From NCBI GenBank assembly GCA_021298595.1, contig JAJTHL010000021.1, forward strand, positions 36,310-100,309: a DNA stretch of 64,000 nt. Direction: 5' to 3'. Below the pieces are notes generated by a model. It had not been told where the DNA came from and did not search any database. It was given only the letters and a program-made list of their open reading frames with translations. This DNA is from Alphaproteobacteria bacterium (lineage in GTDB: Bacteria > Pseudomonadota > Alphaproteobacteria > Caedimonadales > UBA1908). The position numbers and the translations under genes were made by a program. Below, piece after piece: positions 13,259 through 22,202 of this stretch; position 1 is the first letter of the stretch, and each line of letters starts with the position of its first letter.

Positions 13259-14677
13259 TCATGCTTCTTCATCACGCGCGGCGTGAAAAGGCAATTTTCT
13301 ACTTTTCATCCAGACGTAAACGGGGATTCCACCCATGACAAGAAACGAGCCAAAAAAGACGATTTCCTCGCCTGCCCCCGCAATGGTGCCAAAGGAATAG
13401 AGAAGGGCAAGGCACGTCACCATCACATGCTTTACGACCAAAGGTGCAGTCCCCCGGTGGTAATCGCGTAGCAAGAAAAAGAGCTCAGCCGCGCTGGAAT
13501 AGAAATAAGGTAAGAGGACTGCGAAGGTCGTCAGGGTGACTAGAAACCTCAATTGCTCTGTCAGTCCTGCTTCATAATTCAAAAACAGCAAAATCGATAC
13601 CAAAGAGGATGAAATGAAAAGCCCTACCACAGGAAGCCCCCGCTTCGAGACCCTGGCAAAGATCTCGGGAAAGAGATGATCCCGCGCCGCCGCCAGGGGA
13701 ATTTGCCCCAAAAGGAGAATCCATCCATTAAGCCCCCCAAAGCTTGCGATGGCCCCGCACACGGCCACAGCTGTAAGCGCCCATGGGCCCAGCGCCACAC
13801 CGCTTGCGCTGGCGAAGGCGGCGGGATCCGCAGCCGTGGTTGGGATACTAAGAATACCCATGACCGCGGCAGAGGAGCCAATATAAAGGAGGGCTGTGAT
13901 GAAGGTCCCAAGCATGGTGGCACGGGGAATGGTTTTGGAGGCGGCTTTGATATTCTCGGCCGGGATCGTTGCAGACTCAAGGCCCATAAAGGTAAAAAGA
14001 GTCACGGCCGCCGCCCCCGAAAGGCCTTGAAAGATCCCTGTCCCTGGGGTGAGGAGGGGTGAAAAATGTGCCAGATTCACATGAAAAAATCCCACGGCGC
14101 ACATGATCAAAAGGGGAAGAATTTTTAAAAATGTGGTAAGAATTTGAACATCACCGACGGTGCGCATGCTGCGCATATTGAGGAAGGTCAACCCCCAAAT
14201 AAAGGAAAGCGCGGTGGCAAGGGCGTACAAGGGATGCGCGCCAAGTCCTGGAAAAAGGGCTGTCAAAAAACCCACAAGGGCAATGACAACGGCACTATTG
14301 CTGACCCAAATAGAGACCCAATAACTCCACGCTACTTGAAATCCCACAAAATCCCCAAAGGCCTTGCGGCTATAGACGTAGGGGCCTCCTGTCTTGGGAT
14401 AGCGCTCGCTTAACTTTGCAAAAACCATGGACAAGCACAATGCCCCAACGGTTGTCACGCCCCACCCCACAAGGCCAATGGAGCCGTACACAGCCACCGT
14501 TGACGGCAGGAGGAAAATCCCGGCGCCCACCATATTGCCGATCACAAGGGCCGTTGCATGAAGAAATCCAAGTTCCTTTGGGGTCGCCACGCGCGCGCCT
14601 CCTTGTCTTGTTGAAAGTGCCACCATAGGGTCAGGGCTGGCCCCTGTCAAGGAGGGGGCTTTTCCCTTAAAACCCAT
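13259..14677 (-). CDS. APC-superfamily amino acid permease/antiporter (basic amino acid/polyamine type)
   Basis: 472 aa with about 12 TM segments. N-terminal VIGNMVGAGIFLLPS and GGPYVYSRKAFG motifs are typical of APC transporters. Substrate is not inferable. Confidence 0.8.
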   Translation of the reverse strand: MGFKGKAPSLTGASPDPMVALSTRQGGARVATPKELGFLHATALVIGNMVGAGIFLLPSTVAVYGSIGLVGWGVTTVGALCLSMVFAKLSERYPKTGGPYVYSRKAFGDFVGFQVAWSYWVSIWVSNSAVVIALVGFLTALFPGLGAHPLYALATALSFIWGLTFLNMRSMRTVGDVQILTTFLKILPLLIMCAVGFFHVNLAHFSPLLTPGTGIFQGLSGAAAVTLFTFMGLESATIPAENIKAASKTIPRATMLGTFITALLYIGSSAAVMGILSIPTTAADPAAFASASGVALGPWALTAVAVCGAIASFGGLNGWILLLGQIPLAAARDHLFPEIFARVSKRGLPVVGLFISSSLVSILLFLNYEAGLTEQLRFLVTLTTFAVLLPYFYSSAAELFFLLRDYHRGTAPLVVKHVMVTCLALLYSFGTIAGAGEEIVFFGSFLVMGGIPVYVWMKSRKLPFHAARDEEA

Positions 14678-14722
14678 GGTCCACCGTATACTTTGTCTTT
14701 ATAAGACGCCCTTTTATCCTTG

Positions 14723-14751
14723 TTGACAAATATAAAGCTCATTTCTATAGT
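14723..14751 (+). promoter_or_regulatory. sigma70-like promoter of the first repeat-family gene
   Basis: TTGACA (14723-14728), exactly 17 nt, then TATAGT (14746-14751), about 60 nt upstream of ATG 14812. Confidence 0.6.
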
Positions 14752-14811
14752 TTTCACGTTACAAATGATCCGATTCTTCCCTTAACGCGCTCAAACAGAA
14801 AGGAAACGCCC

Positions 14812-15873
14812 ATGACCCGTCAGTCGTTTTATACCCTCCTTTTAGCTGGAACCCTTTTAGGGTCAGCTTCCCCTACCTTTGCCACAGACCCAAAAGAAGT
14901 CTTGGACGAGGTGATTGCTGCTTACAACAGCACAAGCTCTGGCACTCCCTTGCATGCTGAGTATATTCCAGAAAACATCAAGGGCTTACTTTTGAAGATG
15001 TTGTCCGAAAAAAGGAGTCTTGAAGAAGGTAATAAGGACGCTTTGGACGCCCTTGAAGCTGAAAAAAAAGAAAAATCCACTCTATTGAAACTCAATCAAG
15101 AGCTAAAAAGTGAAAAGGAAGGGTTTCGCCTGCAAGTGGAAGACCTGATGTCTGCCCCTGTCTTTGGGCCCGTGTCCTCGCCCACCCCCACGCCCCTTTC
15201 TGACGAAGGCACCAAAGCTCCTGACCCTGTGATGTCCGTTAGCACGCTCTCAGAAGAACTTGAGGCCGCCCGAAAAGAAAAGGACCAAGCGTCCGCCCAG
15301 GCACGAGCGTTGCAAGAACAATTCAAAAGCGCCGAGGAACAGCACGCGCGTGACCTCGCCCTACAGGCGGCAGCGCTTTCTGCGGCACGTGAAGACCATG
15401 AAAAAGAGATCGCCCTGCGCGCCGCAGAGATTGCTGGCCTGAAAGAAGAGCAAGCAGAAAAGCTACGCGCACTCCAAGAGACCATGACAAAAGAAATTGC
15501 CTTCCGCCATCGCTGCTTAGAAGAGCTTGCCGCCCTCATTCCAGCGACCCCAAGCACGCCCAAAAAGTCTGGCAATGAACTGAGCAGACTCGGCGCCGAG
15601 GTAGGCCGCTGGAGCAAAGCCTTGAACGGGATCGGACAAGCCCTGAACGAGCGAGACGGCAGCAAAGGCGGTCGCTCTTCCTCCGCTGACCATCTTCCTC
15701 CTTATTTACGGGCCTTTCTCCTGGTGCCCGTTGACTTTGAAGTCTACCGCTACCTTGCCATGAACCCCGATGTGCAAGAGGCCGCGTACACGCAAACAGC
15801 CGAGAGCCCCGAAAAATTTGCTCTGGCTCACTTTGCTTTTCACGGCATCAAAGAAGGCCGCGCCTACAAGTAA
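14812..15873 (+). CDS. secreted coiled-coil protein with one C-terminal NPDV/EGR repeat (family member A1)
   Basis: Signal peptide MTRQSFYTLLLAGTLLGSASPTFA|TDP. Long A/E/K/L/Q-rich heptad-like region. Ends in PVDFEVYRYLAMNPDVQEAAYTQTAESPEKFALAHFAFHGIKEGRAYK followed by the stop. RBS AAAGGAAA. Confidence 0.8.
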   Translation: MTRQSFYTLLLAGTLLGSASPTFATDPKEVLDEVIAAYNSTSSGTPLHAEYIPENIKGLLLKMLSEKRSLEEGNKDALDALEAEKKEKSTLLKLNQELKSEKEGFRLQVEDLMSAPVFGPVSSPTPTPLSDEGTKAPDPVMSVSTLSEELEAARKEKDQASAQARALQEQFKSAEEQHARDLALQAAALSAAREDHEKEIALRAAEIAGLKEEQAEKLRALQETMTKEIAFRHRCLEELAALIPATPSTPKKSGNELSRLGAEVGRWSKALNGIGQALNERDGSKGGRSSSADHLPPYLRAFLLVPVDFEVYRYLAMNPDVQEAAYTQTAESPEKFALAHFAFHGIKEGRAYK

Positions 15874-15886
15874 GCGTTCAAAAGTT

Positions 15887-15926
15887 TCCCCTGGGGCGCC
15901 CTGCCCCAGGGGGACTTTCATTTTTT
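15887..15926 (+). terminator. rho-independent terminator
   Basis: Stem tcccctggggc / gccccaggggga followed by ctttcatttttt. Confidence 0.65.
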
Positions 15927-15968
15927 CAAAAAGCTTAAAATCACCCTTTTCTTTCAACCCCTTGATAA

Positions 15969-15997
15969 TTGACACCCTCCCCCCCATTTTCTAGGCT
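15969..15997 (+). promoter_or_regulatory. sigma70-like promoter with a C7 tract in the spacer
   Basis: TTGACA (15969-15974), 17-nt spacer ccctcccccccattttc, then TAGGCT (15992-15997). Confidence 0.45.
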
Positions 15998-16064
15998 GAT
16001 CTTATCACAAATGTTCGTAACCTTTTGTGATCTTGGACCAAATTTATGATGAAAGGACTGTCCC

Positions 16065-16655
16065 ATGAAACTTCTTTTGACTCGTACCGCCCTCGTGGCC
16101 GTCGCCACTCTCACCTTTAGCACCCTTGCCCTCGCCTCCAACCCCCTTGAAGAGGCCATGAACAACTACCGCGCAAGCGTCCCCACAGCGCCGGCCATCA
16201 CGCCCTCGGGGCTTGCGCCTGAATATCAGGAGTTTTTCACCCATTTGATGGCCAAAAAAGAGGCCGAAAAAGAGGCTTTTCTTCAAGAGGTCGCGGCCCT
16301 TCGCACGCAAGTGAAGCAAGTGGCCGCCCAGGGCGGTGCGGCCTCCAGCGCCAAAAAACCCAGCAACGAGCTTGACCGCGCTGCTAAGGGCGCGAAAAAA
16401 ATCGGTCGCGACGTGGGCAACCTATTCAAGGATAAAAAGGATGAGGCCAAAGAGCCCACCCCGCCCTTTGCCAGCACGCTGCCCGCTCCTTTGCAACACA
16501 CCCTTCAAGCACCCGATGATTTTAGCAGCGCCCTGTACGGCATGCTAAATCCCGACGTGCAAGAAGCGGCACAAAAAGACGGGCAAAATGTAACTGACTT
16601 CTTGACCGCCCATTTCGTGACCTTTGGGGTCAACGAAGGCCGCGCGTATCATTAA
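16065..16655 (+). CDS. secreted short coiled-coil protein with one C-terminal NPDV/EGR repeat (family member A2)
   Basis: Signal peptide MKLLLTRTALVAVATLTFSTLALA|SNP. C-terminus is APDDFSSALYGMLNPDVQEAAQKDGQNVTDFLTAHFVTFGVNEGRAYH followed by the stop. Confidence 0.8.
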   Translation: MKLLLTRTALVAVATLTFSTLALASNPLEEAMNNYRASVPTAPAITPSGLAPEYQEFFTHLMAKKEAEKEAFLQEVAALRTQVKQVAAQGGAASSAKKPSNELDRAAKGAKKIGRDVGNLFKDKKDEAKEPTPPFASTLPAPLQHTLQAPDDFSSALYGMLNPDVQEAAQKDGQNVTDFLTAHFVTFGVNEGRAYH

Positions 16656-16917
16656 AAGGGTTGGGGGGCTGGAAAAAGCCCCCCTGCCGCGCGCCCCTAT
16701 CTTCATGATTCCCCTTTGACTTTTCAGATTAACACACGCCTTGGCCTCTGATTGATTGGGGTCATTTTTGCGAGATCTTCAAAAATGACAAGATTTCTTT
16801 CCGGTTTTTTGTTGACAAGTGCCAGCGGGTCATGTTTTATCTTTCCTAATCTGTGCCAAATGGTAAGTAGTACCCAGCGCCAGACATCTTTTGCAAACCA
16901 ACCCCAAGGAGCAGTAC

Positions 16918-18588
16918 ATGCAAAAAAACTTCCTTCGTTCCCTTCTCGTGGCGACCGCCCTTTCCAGCCTTGCAAGCCCTGTCTTTGCAAGCGATCCCTT
17001 TCAGGAGGCCTCCAAAAGCACAAACATGCGCGTCACTGGTAAGTCCGATCACCTTACCTTTATCGAAGACGCCAAAAAACTTTTTATGCATGCCCTGAAT
17101 CAAGGGTCTGCTGCTGTAGCAGAAAAAGAGAAAGAATTTCAGGCGCAGTTGGCTGCTCTGACAGAAGCAAAAGACAAAGAAATAGAGGCGGCTGCAGAGC
17201 AACTGCGCGAAGCACAGGCAAAACTTTCGTCCCCGTCGTCAGGGGGGTCTTCCTCCAGCGGTGACGCTGAAAGAGTCCGTGAACTCCAAGCACAACTCAT
17301 CAACCTTACACAGCAAAAGGCGGCCGCTGAAAAAGCTGCGAGGGAAAACCAACAAGCTGCAAACCTAAAAGAGATGTTGCTTCAACAAGTTTCCCGCGCG
17401 AGGGAGGAACAAGAAGCCCTTGCAAAAGAACTCAAAGGCGATCTGGATACGTTGACGGAGCGGCACGGAAAAGTGCAAGAAGCGCTGAGAGAAGCCATCG
17501 AAGCCAAGGATCAGGCCGAAGCACATTCTCAAAAGGCAACAGAATCTTTGCGCGAGGTACAGCGTCAGCTTAGTGAGGCACAAGAACTTTCTCGACAAAG
17601 GCATGAAACCCTAGAAGCACAAAATAGCCAAATCGAGCAGCTTACCGAAGAGCTTCGCGTGGCAAACGAAAACCTTGCCAAGGCAGCAGACCCTTCAGCC
17701 ATGGCAGGGTTACAAGAGCAAGTAAAAGAGCTTGAGGCACAAAAAGCCGAGGCCCTAAAAGACGCAGAAGCCCAGAAAAAGGCTGCAGAAGAGGCAGTCG
17801 CCCGCGTTGCGGAGCTCGAAAAAGCAACGAACGAGTTGGAAGCTAATCTTGTGGCAGCGCGCAACACCATCGCACAAAAGGAAGAAGCGCTTCAGAAGTT
17901 GAACGAGGAGCTTGCGCGTCACGCAGCTGAGATCAACTCAACAAAATCCCTCCACCAACAAGCCGCGGAACAAGCGACCGACCTCACAGCTGAGGTTAAG
18001 CGTTTAGGCGAAGTGATCGCAGCAAAAGAGCTAGAGCTTACGGCCGCCCTCTCTTTCAAGGAGCAAGCAGAGGCTCTTGCTAAGGAAGCCGCCAAGAAAG
18101 AAGAAGAAAAAGCTGCACTGAGGGAAGCCCTCGACAATCAAGCCGCGCTTTTGCGTGAAGCACAAGAAGCAATGGCGCGACAAAAGGATGCCTTGGAGCG
18201 TCAAATTTTTGATCTTCAACTCAAGCTTGCGGCCTATGAACCCGCTGCCAAGGGCGATGGGTCTTCTTCAGACACCACCACAACGGTTGTGGCAGGCCCC
18301 TTTGATGCGACGCTGTATTTGGTCAACAACTATGACATCTACGAAGCCGCCCTCAGCCTGGGTCAAGACCCCTTGGCCTTTGCCGAAAGCCACTATAATT
18401 CCTTTGGCCAAGGTGAAGGACGCTCTTACGCCAATGCCCTGCCCGCTGATTTCGATGTTGAAGGTTATCTTGCCATCAACGGGGATATCGCAGCAGCAGC
18501 AGTGAGCAACAAGCATGATCCAAAGATCTTTGCCATGCATCACTACCTCACGTCAGGTAAGGGTGAAGGCCGGGCTTATAAAGCCTAG
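16918..18588 (+). CDS. secreted long coiled-coil protein with two C-terminal NPDV/EGR repeats (family member A3)
   Basis: ATG at 16918 is preceded by AAGGAG (the ORF track starts at TTG 16891). Signal peptide MQKNFLRSLLVATALSSLASPVFA|SDP. About 400 aa of uninterrupted A/E/K/Q/L coiled coil. Ends ..LPADFDVEGYLAINGDIAAAAVSNKHDPKIFAMHHYLTSGKGEGRAYKA followed by the stop. Confidence 0.85.
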   Translation: MQKNFLRSLLVATALSSLASPVFASDPFQEASKSTNMRVTGKSDHLTFIEDAKKLFMHALNQGSAAVAEKEKEFQAQLAALTEAKDKEIEAAAEQLREAQAKLSSPSSGGSSSSGDAERVRELQAQLINLTQQKAAAEKAARENQQAANLKEMLLQQVSRAREEQEALAKELKGDLDTLTERHGKVQEALREAIEAKDQAEAHSQKATESLREVQRQLSEAQELSRQRHETLEAQNSQIEQLTEELRVANENLAKAADPSAMAGLQEQVKELEAQKAEALKDAEAQKKAAEEAVARVAELEKATNELEANLVAARNTIAQKEEALQKLNEELARHAAEINSTKSLHQQAAEQATDLTAEVKRLGEVIAAKELELTAALSFKEQAEALAKEAAKKEEEKAALREALDNQAALLREAQEAMARQKDALERQIFDLQLKLAAYEPAAKGDGSSSDTTTTVVAGPFDATLYLVNNYDIYEAALSLGQDPLAFAESHYNSFGQGEGRSYANALPADFDVEGYLAINGDIAAAAVSNKHDPKIFAMHHYLTSGKGEGRAYKA

Positions 18589-18608
18589 CTTTTACGCCGA
18601 CCCAATCC

Positions 18609-18638
18609 GGAAAAAGGCTCCCTCGGGGGCCTTTTTCC
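18609..18638 (+). terminator. rho-independent terminator-like hairpin
   Basis: ggaaaaaggctccc / gggggcctttttcc hairpin 20 nt after the stop, followed by gtttct. Confidence 0.6.
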
Positions 18639-18681
18639 GTTTCTTGGGGCCCGCCTGTTTCTTCTTCGTATCATTTTACAT

Positions 18682-19158
18682 TTGCAGCCACGGGCGCGCG
18701 CTTTTATACTTTTCCTAGACAAGATAGGACAGGACTATGACGCTGCGATTTGTTTTGCCTCTTCCTATACCCTTGACGGGGTGGACATTATTAAAGAGCA
18801 AGACATGGACACAAAAGCCATTCGTATGAAACTCTTATTTAAGGAGGCAGATGACCTTGCGGATTTTCGCGAAATCCTTCAAGACCCAGCGTTTTCACCC
18901 CCCTTGAAAACGTTTTTAGCAACCCACCACGTGACGTACGGTGATCACGGCGACCACTTTGTCATGACCGTTCCCCGGGAAAGCCTAACACACCTGACCC
19001 CTTTTTTAACCCATATCTTTGAGTGTGACATTGCCCCCTACTTGCGCTTTTTTGATCAACGCCCTGCCAGGCCGGTGTTCTTTACCCAGCCCCAAGCCCC
19101 CCATGAGGCGGGTCGTAACGGGCCCCTTTGCAAGTCACCCCCCCCCCTTACTTTGTAA
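18682..19158 (+). pseudogene. truncated paralog of the IKEQD-domain subfamily (N-domain only, no signal peptide, no repeats)
   Basis: LDGVDIIKEQD..HFVMTVPRESLTHLTPFLTHIFECDIAPYLRFFDQRPARPVFF aligns with the N-domains of the 19274, 20604 and 22203 genes. It has only a TTG start and no hydrophobic leader, and it stops where the paralogs begin their repeats. A C10 run sits at 19138-19147. Confidence 0.55.
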
Positions 19159-19273
19159 ATTAGGTCCAGAACCCTTCTTGATTTAAAGCTACATATCAAA
19201 TTGTTGATTATCATTACTTGACCGTTTGGTAAACAGATACCACATAACAGATGTATTCACTTTCGGAATGTTA

Positions 19274-20287
19274 ATGATGAAACAAATTCTTTCCAGCCTG
19301 CTCTTGGGCGCAACTCTTTGCATAGGCGGCTCTTCCCTGGCTACGGCGTCATCTTCTCTCATGGTTGGCCCCGTTGAATACATCAAAGAACAGGATTCTG
19401 CCTCTGGCGCTCTGCGTGTAAAGGCTGTAATCACCGATGCAGTGAATGTGTTCAAGGCTCGAGCCAAGTTTCAAAACCCAGACTTCATCGCCGAGCTCAA
19501 GCCGCGCCTTGAAGCAGGAGACGTGACCTATCAAGATCTAGGACGCAGCGTGCACGTGACAATTCTTCGCTCGCTTTTTGATCGTCATCTGCCTGAACTG
19601 AGACGTTTTTTTGGCAATGATGTCGCCAAGTACTTGCCCGAATATGACCGCGCGCCGGCAAGCGCTGTTTTGTTTGACACACCCCGAGCCTTCAATCCCT
19701 ATCTTTATGGGCTTTATAACCCTGACGTCCAAGCAGCTTACAACCCAGCGAAGGACGGCGCGTATGAAAATTTCATGAGGGCACACTTTTTTAACTTTAG
19801 GGTTCGTGAAAACCGTTCCTACAAATTGCCCGATGACTTTTCGTCAGCCAATTATTTAAAGCTTAATCCCGACGTTGCCAGCGCAGCGTACACAGACGCA
19901 GATCCAAACTTCTTTGCCATAAGCCATTATGTGCAACATGGACGGGGCGAAAAAAGGGCGTACGCGCCGACCCTTCCCGCTGATTTCGATGCCAACGAGT
20001 ACTTTGCCTTGAATCCTGATGTGGCAAAGAACGCCCCCGTCAGAGAGTTTATCGGGGGTAAAGACGCCGAGTTTGCAAAAGAACATTACCTCAAGCATGG
20101 GTTCGCGGAGGGAAGGGCTTACAAGGCTGACGTCCCCGCAGATTTTAGCACTTGGGGCTACTTACTTAAAAATCAAGATGTTGCACAACACGTGCGAGAC
20201 AGAGGCGTTGACTTTTTTGCTCAAGATGCATATGCAAGGGCGCACTACATGCACCATGGGCAACATGAAAAAAGACTTTATAGATAA
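19274..20287 (+). CDS. secreted protein: IKEQD-type N-domain plus four C-terminal NPDV/EGR repeats (family member B1)
   Basis: Signal peptide MMKQILSSLLLGATLCIGGSSLATA (start could be 19268, 19274 or 19277). Repeats run from about 19679. Ends ..HYMHHGQHEKRLYR followed by the stop. Confidence 0.85.
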   Translation: MMKQILSSLLLGATLCIGGSSLATASSSLMVGPVEYIKEQDSASGALRVKAVITDAVNVFKARAKFQNPDFIAELKPRLEAGDVTYQDLGRSVHVTILRSLFDRHLPELRRFFGNDVAKYLPEYDRAPASAVLFDTPRAFNPYLYGLYNPDVQAAYNPAKDGAYENFMRAHFFNFRVRENRSYKLPDDFSSANYLKLNPDVASAAYTDADPNFFAISHYVQHGRGEKRAYAPTLPADFDANEYFALNPDVAKNAPVREFIGGKDAEFAKEHYLKHGFAEGRAYKADVPADFSTWGYLLKNQDVAQHVRDRGVDFFAQDAYARAHYMHHGQHEKRLYR

Positions 20288-20603
20288 TTGAACTCACTCA
20301 CAATAAAGCCGCCCCTTTACCGGGTGGCCTTGTTGCGATCACTTTTCGTTCCTTCCTTTCATTTCTTTAACCTCCCTCAAGGCGTAGGGCGCTTTTCTTT
20401 TTGCTGACATCGCCCCCTCCTTACACTTTTTGATCTACACCCTTCCCGGCCGGTGTCGTTTCCTCCACCTCCTCACTTTGCTTATTTAAATATTGAGCTT
20501 TTCTTAATTTGAAAAACACTTGTTAACTTTTCATTGAAACTTACTTGACTTCATGGTAAAAAGGTACCATATGAAAAATATATTCACTTTTGGAGTTGTA
20601 TTG

Positions 20604-21602
20604 ATGAAAAAAATTCTTTCTAGCATGATCCTAGGGGCGACCCTTTTCATGGGCGCCTCTTCCATGGTCACAGCGTCTTCTCGGGTGATTGACGGCGTTG
20701 AAATCATCAAAGAGCAGGATTCTGCCTCTCGCGCTGTGCGTGTGAAAGTTATTATCACAGATAGTCAAGATTTGGCGGAGATTCGATACGGTCTCCAACG
20801 AAAGGATCTCATGAGCGAGCTAAAGCCGCACCTTGAGGCAGGAGACGTGACCTATCAAGATCTAGGAAACGCCATTCACATGACAATTCTTCGATCGGTT
20901 TTTGATCTTCACCTTCCTGAACTAAGCGATCTTTTTGAAGATAACCTGGCCAAGTACTTACCCCAGTTTGACCGCGCGCCGGCGCGCTCTGTCTTGTTTG
21001 AGACACCTCCAGCCTTCAATCCCTACATTTATGGGCTTTATAACCCGGACGTAAAGGCGGCTTACAACCCCACAAGAGACGGCGCATACGAGAACTTCAT
21101 GAAGGCGCACTTTTTTAACCATAGGCTTCGTGAAAATCGTTCCTACAAGTTGCCCGATGACTTTTCATCAGCCAATTATTTAAAGCTTAATCCTGATCTT
21201 GCCAGCGCAGCCTATGCCCAGCCAGACCCAAACTTCTTTGCCATTAGCCATTATATACAAAACGGACGTGATGAAAAAAGGGCGTACGTGCCGACCCTTC
21301 CTACTGATTTCGATGCCAATGAGTACTTTGCCTTGAATCCTGATGTGGCAAAGGCCGCCCCTCAATTTTCTTGGGAACAAGAAAAGTTTGCAAAAGAACA
21401 TTACCTCAAGCATGGGTTTGCAGAAGGAAGGGCTTACAAGGCTGACGTCCCCGCAGATTTTGATCCTTTCACGTACCGCTACAAAAATCCCGACGTTCAA
21501 AACTATTTAGAAAAAAATAACGTTCCCATCGCTGCTTGGAATGCCCATGCAAGGGTGCACTACATGAAAAATGGGCATCGCGAAACAAGAATTTATAAAT
21601 AA
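20604..21602 (+). CDS. secreted protein: IKEQD-type N-domain plus four C-terminal NPDV/EGR repeats (family member B2, tandem duplicate of B1)
   Basis: GGAG lies 8 nt upstream of ATG 20604. Signal peptide MKKILSSMILGATLFMGASSMVTA. Collinear with and highly similar to B1. Ends ..HYMKNGHRETRIYK followed by the stop. Confidence 0.85.
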   Translation: MKKILSSMILGATLFMGASSMVTASSRVIDGVEIIKEQDSASRAVRVKVIITDSQDLAEIRYGLQRKDLMSELKPHLEAGDVTYQDLGNAIHMTILRSVFDLHLPELSDLFEDNLAKYLPQFDRAPARSVLFETPPAFNPYIYGLYNPDVKAAYNPTRDGAYENFMKAHFFNHRLRENRSYKLPDDFSSANYLKLNPDLASAAYAQPDPNFFAISHYIQNGRDEKRAYVPTLPTDFDANEYFALNPDVAKAAPQFSWEQEKFAKEHYLKHGFAEGRAYKADVPADFDPFTYRYKNPDVQNYLEKNNVPIAAWNAHARVHYMKNGHRETRIYK

Positions 21603-21613
21603 CGAAGACCCCT

Positions 21614-21651
21614 TACAACAAGGCCGCCCCAAGTGAGGCGGCGTTGTTGTA
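21614..21651 (+). terminator. rho-independent terminator-like hairpin
   Basis: tacaacaaggccgcc / ggcggcgttgttgta stem (one bulge) followed by atcatttttt. Confidence 0.6.
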
Positions 21652-22202
21652 ATCATTTTTTATATCTTTTTCTTTCGCTTTTGTGACCCCTGCCCCTCAA
21701 GTTGCAGGGGATTTTTATTGCCTGACATTGCAAGCGTTACGATGCTTGGATAACTACCTCTTTTAGTGCATGCGCCTCAGGGGCGCGCGTCGCGCGTCTT
21801 TTGCCTGCACCGCGCTCCATCAAAGACCAAGGCGTTTTACCTGCGCGGTCTCGCTTCGTGGGTTCTTCAAAAATTATTTTCGACAGATGCGTCTTCCTAA
21901 GGGGGAATGGGAACACGCTTGCCCCAAGCGATTGAACCAGAAAAGAGCGTCTTAGCTCTTACCAAACAGGCATTATTTTGCCATAGAGCCTTTTATCTCA
22001 TTAGGCAAAAAAATCCTTCGTGAGTTCCCCCAGCTCCTCAATGGGCGCTTAGGCATTTGTGCGTCTTGCAGGGCCTGGCACGCCAGAAAGGCATCTACCA
22101 ACAGATCTAATTTAGAAAATAAAGCTCGTAATCCAATTTTTAATCTGATGGAAATAATTTTGTTTGTACAATTTGAGATAAATGGATAGCCAAAGAGCGA
22201 TC

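Larger units (their letters stand above)
19189..21720 (+). repeat. tandem duplication, unit about 1.33 kb (promoter region + gene + 3' region)
   Basis: The ttacttgac..ggtaaa..ttcactt leader, the coding region and about 130 nt after the stop (aagccgcccc hairpin, ..cctcaag..ctgacat[ct]gc) recur with a 1327-nt offset (19226 vs 20553). Confidence 0.75.

Noticed and set aside
19226-19273. The N-terminal extensions given by the ORF track (MVNRYHITDVFTFG.. and MVKRYHMKNIFTFG..) are conserved between B1 and B2, which could suggest a longer coding region.
   Set aside because: The extensions start at TTG. The ATG present in B2 is ATA in B1, and a GGAG RBS sits just before the signal-peptide ATG of B2. 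Conservation is better explained by the duplicated 5' UTR/promoter.
21652-22181. A gap of about 530 bp with no convincing ORF between B2 and B3. I looked for an IS or transposase remnant, or a further decayed family copy.
   Set aside because: The first ~70 nt are homologous to the 3' flank of B1 and so belong to the duplication unit. In the rest I recognised no transposase, integrase or repeat-family motif in any frame, and the 61-aa ORF at 21770 is Arg-rich junk. It remains unassigned rather than called.
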